Of a DNA stretch of 64,000 nt, positions 58,177 to 64,000 are shown in pieces. Source of the DNA: an uncultured virus (IMG/VR IMGVR_UViG_3300001605_000024) (Duplodnaviria; Heunggongvirae; Uroviricota; Caudoviricetes); the IMG/VR virus record IMGVR_UViG_3300001605_000024, positions 1-64,000 of that record, one strand, 5' to 3'. Numbering within the stretch: the first letter of the stretch is position 1; each line of letters opens with the position of its first letter. Made by a program: the position numbers and the translations under genes. Below the pieces are notes generated by a model, which was not told the origin of the DNA, made no database searches, and saw nothing but the letters and a program-made list of their open reading frames with translations.

Positions 58177-59897
58177 GTACACAAGTAGACACCAGTAAAT
58201 GGGTTAGAGGCAAATCATACCCAAATTGGATGGACGATATCGCTCTTAATATTATTTCAAAAGGATATCTCTTACCACATGAAGATGTTTATAAAGCATT
58301 TTTACGCGTAAGTAAAGCAGCCGCTAAACGTCTTAGAAGAAGAGATTTACAACCTTATTTTTACGAGGCCATTGAAAAAAACTGGCTATGTTTAGCATCT
58401 CCGGTATTATCTAATTTAGGTACTGAACGTGGGATGCCTATTTCTTGTTTTGGGATTGACGTGGAAGACTCCATTGAAGGTATAGCTGACGCCAATTCTG
58501 AATTAATGCGATTATCTTCACAAGGTGGTGGGGTAGGTATTGGAGTTTCACGTATTAGAGGTAGAGGTAAAGCAATTAAAGATAATGGTATATCTGAGGG
58601 CATAGTTCCATGGACTAAAATATTTGATTCAACAATTTTAGCTACAAACCAGGGTTCAGTTAGAAGAGGAGCAGCATCTGTTAATTTATCTATTCATCAT
58701 CCTGATATTGAAGAATTTCTACAAATTAGAAGACCTAAAGGAGATGTTAATAGACAGTGTCTTAATTTACATCAATGTGTTGTAATTGATGACAAATTCA
58801 TGAATGATGTTGAAAATAAAGAACCTAGAGCATTAAAATTATGGGGTGAAATTTTAAAAACCCGTCTTGAAACAGGTGAGCCTTATATTATGTACGGAGA
58901 TAATATAAATAAAGCCAATCCTGAAGCTTATAAGAAAAATAATTTAAATGTAAGCATGACCAACATCTGTTCTGAAATTACACTTTATACAGATGAATTA
59001 CATTCCTTTATTTGTTGTTTATCTTCTCTAAATGCCGCTAGATGGGATGAATGGAAAGATTATAGATTTGAAAATGGTATGTCTTTACCTGAATTAAGTA
59101 CTTGGTTCTTAGATGGTGTTCTTCAAGAATTTATTGATAGAGCTAAAGGGATGAAATTTATGGAAAATACAGTTAGATCTGCAATTAAAGGTAGAGCAAT
59201 TGGTTTAGGATTACTAGGATGGCATACTCTTCTCCAAACTAAAGGATTACCATTTACATCTGTAGCTTCAACTACTTTACGTAAGCAAATTTCTAAATTT
59301 ATTTATGATGAAGCTATTAAAGCATCTAAAGATCAAGCTATTGAATTGGGAGAACCAGAATGGTGTAAAGGAACAGGAATGAGACATACTCATCATATTG
59401 CAATTGCTCCTACAGTAAGTAATGCTCATATTTCAGGTGGTGTTTCTCCTTCAATTGAACCTACTCCTGCTAATGTTTATAATTTAAAAACCGCCAAAGG
59501 GGTATTTATTAAGAAAAATAAAGTACTAGAAAATCTACTAGAAAGTAAGGGATACAATATTGATAGTGTATGGGATCAGATTCTAAAAGATCAAGGATCA
59601 GTATTAGGATTACCTGATTATATTTTATCTAAAGAAGAAAAAGAAATATTCTTAACTTTCAAAGAAATAAATCAGTTAGGCATTATACAACAAACTGCAG
59701 CTACTTATCCTTATGTAGATCAAGCGATATCACTTAATCTTAATTTTGATCCCAATTCCTCTCCTAAATTAATATCCGAAGTTCATAAAGAAGCTTGGAA
59801 ATTAGGAATAAAAACATTATATTATATGCGAACAGAATCAGTATTAAGAGGAGATACTTTATCTCGAATGGATGAATGCATCTCTTGCCATGGTTAA
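58173..59897 (+). CDS. nrdA: Ribonucleotide reductase class I alpha subunit, no ATP cone
   Basis: ISCF, GGGVG, RRGA, TNICSE, IAPT.S, KTLYY.R, C-terminal CISC. Confidence 0.95.
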   Translation: MSTQVDTSKWVRGKSYPNWMDDIALNIISKGYLLPHEDVYKAFLRVSKAAAKRLRRRDLQPYFYEAIEKNWLCLASPVLSNLGTERGMPISCFGIDVEDSIEGIADANSELMRLSSQGGGVGIGVSRIRGRGKAIKDNGISEGIVPWTKIFDSTILATNQGSVRRGAASVNLSIHHPDIEEFLQIRRPKGDVNRQCLNLHQCVVIDDKFMNDVENKEPRALKLWGEILKTRLETGEPYIMYGDNINKANPEAYKKNNLNVSMTNICSEITLYTDELHSFICCLSSLNAARWDEWKDYRFENGMSLPELSTWFLDGVLQEFIDRAKGMKFMENTVRSAIKGRAIGLGLLGWHTLLQTKGLPFTSVASTTLRKQISKFIYDEAIKASKDQAIELGEPEWCKGTGMRHTHHIAIAPTVSNAHISGGVSPSIEPTPANVYNLKTAKGVFIKKNKVLENLLESKGYNIDSVWDQILKDQGSVLGLPDYILSKEEKEIFLTFKEINQLGIIQQTAATYPYVDQAISLNLNFDPNSSPKLISEVHKEAWKLGIKTLYYMRTESVLRGDTLSRMDECISCHG

Positions 59898-59949
59898 ACA
59901 TTTAAAATACCCCCCATCAATTTATTAGATGGGGGATATTATTTTTATT

Positions 59950-60573
59950 ATGAGTAATATTATAAAAATTTATTATCTTCATAAAGGAAATAATATTCCT
60001 TTTTATGTAGGAGAAACTTCTCAATCTCTTAATGCAAGATTAAATAACCATAAAAGAAGATTAGGAAAAGAAATACAAATTGAGTTAATTGAAGAAGTAG
60101 AAAATGAAAATTGGAGATTTTGGGAAAAATATTGGATAAACCAATTCAAAGTTTGGGGATTTAATTTAATTAATAAGAATGAAGGGGGTGGAGGAGTTAA
60201 TAAAGGTACTCCTAAACATACTTTTGAATCTAGAAAAAAAATTAGTAATTCTCGAATTGGGATTAAATATAGTGAAGAATCTAAACAAAAAATAAGTAGA
60301 GCACTATTAGGTAAAAAACAATCTATAGAGACTTGCGAATTAAAACGAATTAAAAGATTAGGATTTAAACATTCAGAAATTAGTAAACATAATATTAAAA
60401 AAAATCTTTCCAAACCTATTTTACAATATTCTAAAAAAGGAGAATTGATCCAATCCTGGCCTAGTACCAAACTTGCAAGTGAATCCCTTAGAATTTACTC
60501 ATCTGATATATGTAAATGTCTAAAAAATAAAGGTAAATCTGCTGGGGGGTATATATGGAAATTTAAAGAATAA
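59950..60573 (+). CDS. GIY-YIG homing endonuclease with NUMOD3/NUMOD1-like DNA-binding repeats
   Basis: IYYL...FYVGET...RL..H; H..ESRKKIS repeats; KPILQY...W.S...A....I..C...SAGGY.W. Confidence 0.85.
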   Translation: MSNIIKIYYLHKGNNIPFYVGETSQSLNARLNNHKRRLGKEIQIELIEEVENENWRFWEKYWINQFKVWGFNLINKNEGGGGVNKGTPKHTFESRKKISNSRIGIKYSEESKQKISRALLGKKQSIETCELKRIKRLGFKHSEISKHNIKKNLSKPILQYSKKGELIQSWPSTKLASESLRIYSSDICKCLKNKGKSAGGYIWKFKE

Positions 60574-60686
60574 TTTTTTAAGTATTTTTAGAGGAACATT
60601 AATTGTTCCTCTTTTTTGCATATTTATGGATGATAATTTAGGGTTTTATATAATGGTTTTTTAAAAAATATTAAATTTAAAAAACT

Positions 60687-61301
60687 ATGAGTATAAAACT
60701 TCTGCAGGAAAAAATAGGAGCTAAATCTGATGGAGTATTTGGTCCCGGCACTATAAAGGCGGCTATGGCTCATTATAAAATGTCTCCTGAAAGAGCTGCT
60801 CATTTTTTCGGTCAAACTTCTCATGAAACTGGGGGATTTAAAACTTTTTCTGAAAATCTCAACTATAGAGTTAACGGTCTCACATCAATATTTAAAAAAT
60901 ATTTCCCAACAGAGGCTATAGCCTCAGAATATGCTTTAAAACCTGAAAAAATTGCCAATAGAGTTTACGCTAACCGAATGGGAAATGGTAATGAAGCTTC
61001 AGGAGATGGATGGAAATATAGAGGTAGAGGGGCATTACAATTAACCGGTAAAGATAATTATAAAGCTTTTGCAGATTACCTTAAAAAATCTGAAATATTA
61101 ACCAATCCAGATTTAGTAGCTACTTTATACGCCTTTGAATCCGCTCTATTCTTTTTTGACCAAAACAATCTTTGGAGCATTTGTGATAAAGGAGTTAATA
61201 AAGATACAATTCTTGCTTTAACTAAAAGAATTAATGGTGGTACCCACGGTCTTGAAGATCGAATTCAAAAAACTGGAGCGTATTACGAGCAAATCAAATA
61301 A
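60687..61301 (+). CDS. Endolysin: peptidoglycan-binding segment plus glycoside hydrolase family 19
   Basis: DGVFGPGT; F.GQ..HETGG, ENLNY, YRGRG.LQLTG..NY, INGG..G..DR. Confidence 0.92.
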   Translation: MSIKLLQEKIGAKSDGVFGPGTIKAAMAHYKMSPERAAHFFGQTSHETGGFKTFSENLNYRVNGLTSIFKKYFPTEAIASEYALKPEKIANRVYANRMGNGNEASGDGWKYRGRGALQLTGKDNYKAFADYLKKSEILTNPDLVATLYAFESALFFFDQNNLWSICDKGVNKDTILALTKRINGGTHGLEDRIQKTGAYYEQIK

Positions 61302-61309
61302 ATGTTAAT

Positions 61310-61777
61310 ATGAAAACCTCTTACATTATACCGGCCATTAGCATGCTGATAACTTTTATATGTTCTTATTTCATGGAATTAACTCTCCAATATGCTGAGC
61401 AGTATTTGGTGATGGCTACTTTAATATTTGCAGATGGATTCTTTGGAATCATATCTGGGATTAAAAGAGAAGGATTTAAAACTTATAAAGCTCTTAAAAT
61501 ATTAAAAACCTTAGTATTTTGGGTAATATTTTTAACTTTAGTTTTAGCTATAGAAAATAGTTTTAATGCTGTGTTTTGGCTTAGTGAAACTATTATAACT
61601 CCTTTTATAGTATTCCAACTAATTAGTATTTTAAAAAATGCTTCAATGGCCGGCATTATAAAAGCAGGTTTATTAAATGAGATTTTAGATAAAATTGACC
61701 AACATAAAGGTATTAGAGTTGAAGAAAATTCAACTCCTGAAGAAAATCCAACTCTTGAAGAAAATGAATTGGATTAG
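61310..61777 (+). CDS. Holin
   Basis: Three to four hydrophobic segments, D.F.GI, ISILKNA, acidic tail; adjacent to the endolysin. Confidence 0.75.
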   Translation: MKTSYIIPAISMLITFICSYFMELTLQYAEQYLVMATLIFADGFFGIISGIKREGFKTYKALKILKTLVFWVIFLTLVLAIENSFNAVFWLSETIITPFIVFQLISILKNASMAGIIKAGLLNEILDKIDQHKGIRVEENSTPEENPTLEENELD

Positions 61778-61822
61778 TTCTAATTTCTTTTTATATTTAG
61801 GACTAAACTCTAAATATTAAAT

Positions 61823-62914
61823 ATGAATAAGCGAATTTTACCTTGGTTGATAACATTTTGTGCTGTTGGGTTAGGAGGAACCGCCGGTTATTACAGTGTT
61901 ATAGGTCTTTCTAAGTTATTTGCCGGTGAGGCAACAGCTGTTATTATAATGGCTAGTTTTTTAGAAATCTCAAAATTAGTGTTAGCTACATTACTGCATT
62001 CATATTGGGGTAATCTTAATAAACTTCTTAAAACATATTATATATCTGCTTTAATTATACTTTCTCTTATTACTTCTGTAGGTATTTATGGAATGCTTAG
62101 TAGCGGTTACCAAAAAACATCCTCAGAATTGATTGTAGTAGAGAATCAAAAAGAATATTTAAACCAAAAAATTGATTTTTATCAAAAGGATTTAGATAGA
62201 TATAATACAGAACTAGAAAGAATATCTAATAATATTTCAATACTATCTAATGCTAAATCTGTCACCTCTCAAATAAGAGATAATACGGTAGAAGGAGGAG
62301 TGAGATCAGTAATTTCAACTACTGAACTTAAATTAGCCCAACAGAGAATATTAGTTGAAGAAGAAAACAAAAATAAAGTCCAATCCCAAAGACAAATCTC
62401 CTCAGACAGTATACAAAATCTCCAAATCCAGTTACTAGAATTAGACAATAACTCTGAAATTGCTGGAGAATTAGGTCCCCTTAAGTATCTAGCTAATTTA
62501 ACTGGAGTTTCTATGGATAGGATTATAAATTGGTTATTATTGGTTATAATATTTGTATTTGATCCTTTAGCGATTTCTTTAGTTATAGCCGCCAATTTTG
62601 CATTTGCTCAACTTCAATCTAAAACTTCTCCTCAATTAGAAGAAAAAGTTGAAAATATGCGAGGAGCAGTCCAAGCTTATGATGATTTACAAGAAGAAAT
62701 AGAAAACTACATTATTACTGATACTAACATAGATAAAAATAATGATGGTATTATTGATTTTAATGAAAAAACTTCAGCTATATCTAAAATAAAAGAATTA
62801 GAAATTTTACTACAAAATCCTAACATCTCCAGTTGGAAACGTACTCGACTCCAAAACCAGATAAACCAAATCAAATCCCAACTTGATGAGGAAGATATAA
62901 CAAAGATTTATTAA
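61823..62914 (+). CDS. Membrane protein with a long coiled coil and an EF-hand-like loop
   Basis: Three N-terminal TM segments, coiled coil, IFVFDPLAI TM, DKNNDGIIDFNE. Confidence 0.65.
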   Translation: MNKRILPWLITFCAVGLGGTAGYYSVIGLSKLFAGEATAVIIMASFLEISKLVLATLLHSYWGNLNKLLKTYYISALIILSLITSVGIYGMLSSGYQKTSSELIVVENQKEYLNQKIDFYQKDLDRYNTELERISNNISILSNAKSVTSQIRDNTVEGGVRSVISTTELKLAQQRILVEEENKNKVQSQRQISSDSIQNLQIQLLELDNNSEIAGELGPLKYLANLTGVSMDRIINWLLLVIIFVFDPLAISLVIAANFAFAQLQSKTSPQLEEKVENMRGAVQAYDDLQEEIENYIITDTNIDKNNDGIIDFNEKTSAISKIKELEILLQNPNISSWKRTRLQNQINQIKSQLDEEDITKIY

Positions 62915-62915
62915 G

Positions 62916-62947
62916 TTTGGCCTCTTAAGATTCTCTACATATATTTA
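62916..62947 (+). promoter_or_regulatory. Bacteroidota-type promoter sharing the AAGTTTGGCCTCT head of the 5-6.5 kb cassette
   Basis: TTTG 62916-N20-TATATTTA 62940. Confidence 0.7.
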
Positions 62948-62962
62948 TGTAAAATAAAAGTT

Positions 62963-63466
62963 ATGATTTACTCACCCACATTTCCTAAACCATACATTCA
63001 GGAGCAATTATCCAAGCTTAAAAAGCTAAACTATAATCAGTTTAGGTGGTGGAGGATGTATGATAATCTCACTCCTCCTCTGCCTAATAAATCTCCATTG
63101 ATTGATAAGATTCTGAATGGTGATTTTGATTATCCTCATTACAAATTGCAAGCAGAACTTGTAGAACATGAACTAAATGAGTTAGTTAAAAAATGTGGAG
63201 GTAACAATGAAAAGTTTGGAGAAAAAAGTTCATTATTGCGAACTAAACGTAAAAGATTACTTGATGACTTTGAAAAAGAAGAAAATGCTAAATTACGACA
63301 ATTAGTAATTGAATTTACTAAAAATTTTGAAGCTACTAAAGAACAAATAGAAGAAGAAATGCTTAGATTTGTTGGTAATTTAGGAGAATTTTATTATTAT
63401 ATGGGAGTTAGATTTCAAAAAATTCAAAATCCAAATAAACGAGGAAGAAAAACAAAAAATATATGA
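62963..63466 (+). CDS. Hypothetical protein
   Basis: 167 aa; YNQFRWWR, I.NGDFD. Confidence 0.65.
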   Translation: MIYSPTFPKPYIQEQLSKLKKLNYNQFRWWRMYDNLTPPLPNKSPLIDKILNGDFDYPHYKLQAELVEHELNELVKKCGGNNEKFGEKSSLLRTKRKRLLDDFEKEENAKLRQLVIEFTKNFEATKEQIEEEMLRFVGNLGEFYYYMGVRFQKIQNPNKRGRKTKNI

Positions 63467-64000
63467 TTAAAATATCACATGAAGTACCTAAATGTTTACT
63501 TAGAAAAAGTCTTGAATTCAATGACTATCAATATGCTTTAGTACATCTATTAGAGGAAGATGAAGTCTATAGAAAACATTTCCTACAGTGTAAAGATGAA
63601 GGAGTTCCTATTTATCTAGATAATAGCCTACATGAACTTGGAACAGCCATTGGTGGAGATATTCTTAAAAAATGGATTAAAATTCTTGAACCTCAACATG
63701 TATTTGTACCTGATGTTTGGCAAGATAGTAAAACTACTATTGAAAACGCTAAAGAATGGATTCAATATTCCTATCCTACAAATACAATCCCAATAGCGGT
63801 AGTACAAAGTAAAAATCTCCAGGAAGCGGAAGAATGTTATATAACGTTGAAAGACATGGGGTATAAGAAAATCGCATTCTCGTATGGCGCTGATTGGTAC
63901 GCTGAAGAATTCACGGAATTTCACATAGATAAAGCCAAAATGTATGGTAGAATATCAACAATTAAACAAATGTTTTATAATGGTACTATTAAAAATGATG
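63463..64000 (+). CDS. TGT/DpdA-like TIM-barrel protein, 3'-truncated and absent from the ORF track
   Basis: MIKISHEVP...IYLDNSLHELG...VPDVW...AVVQ...; open to the window end; ATGA coupling with the upstream gene. Confidence 0.5.
   Translation, partial: MIKISHEVPKCLLRKSLEFNDYQYALVHLLEEDEVYRKHFLQCKDEGVPIYLDNSLHELGTAIGGDILKKWIKILEPQHVFVPDVWQDSKTTIENAKEWIQYSYPTNTIPIAVVQSKNLQEAEECYITLKDMGYKKIAFSYGADWYAEEFTEFHIDKAKMYGRISTIKQMFYNGTIKND

Noticed and set aside
12524..59897. Inteins or group I introns in terminase, helicase, polymerase or RNR genes
   Set aside because: The proteins are continuous and of normal or short length, with no intein termini or split frames.
393..63924. All minus-strand ORFs in the track (e.g. 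12072-12485, 20440-21093, 40111-40866, 56935-57450, 63628-63924)
   Set aside because: They are antisense shadows of clear + strand genes; their Ser/Phe/Leu-rich composition mirrors GAA/AAA codons, and they have no motifs.

Overview
This window is 64 kb of a large, AT-rich, T4-like (contractile-tailed) bacteriophage genome. Essentially all credible genes are on the + strand and use the standard genetic code. The host is most likely a Bacteroidota (Flavobacterium-like) bacterium. This is inferred from at least 10 TTTG-N19/20-TA(t)aTTTA promoter-like elements matching the Bacteroidota -33/-7 architecture, and from A-rich ribosome-binding regions without Shine-Dalgarno motifs. Gene order: accessory and putative head-internal proteins, FAD oxidoreductase, MoxR AAA+/VWA-peptidase cassette (1-12.5 kb); terminase, portal, core, protease, HNH, scaffold, major capsid, PhoH, neck and tail terminator (12.5-26.7 kb); tail fibre, LamG protein and fibre chaperone; a glycosyl-/methyl-/sulfo-transferase cluster with APS kinase (29.4-34.8 kb); putative u-spanin, sheath, tube, chaperone, tape measure and baseplate (35-48.3 kb); replication genes (compact PolA, SSB, RecA, 5'-3' exonuclease, DnaB, NrdB/NrdA) with homing endonucleases; GH19 endolysin and holin; and a truncated TGT/DpdA-like gene. 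The most interesting signals are: (1) families of portable N-terminal leaders, one copying the scaffold C-terminus (RxQKLAGI), grafted onto unrelated cargo that includes an ADP-ribosyltransferase-fold protein; (2) a possible self-contained PAPS synthesis, sulfation and glycosylation pathway beside the tail fibre; (3) a pseudoknot/terminator switch-like RNA upstream of the FAD oxidoreductase; (4) a +1/-2 frameshift in the tail chaperone; and (5) an unannotated serine-less acyl-carrier-protein-like mini ORF. All calls come from motif reading by eye; no database searches were run.
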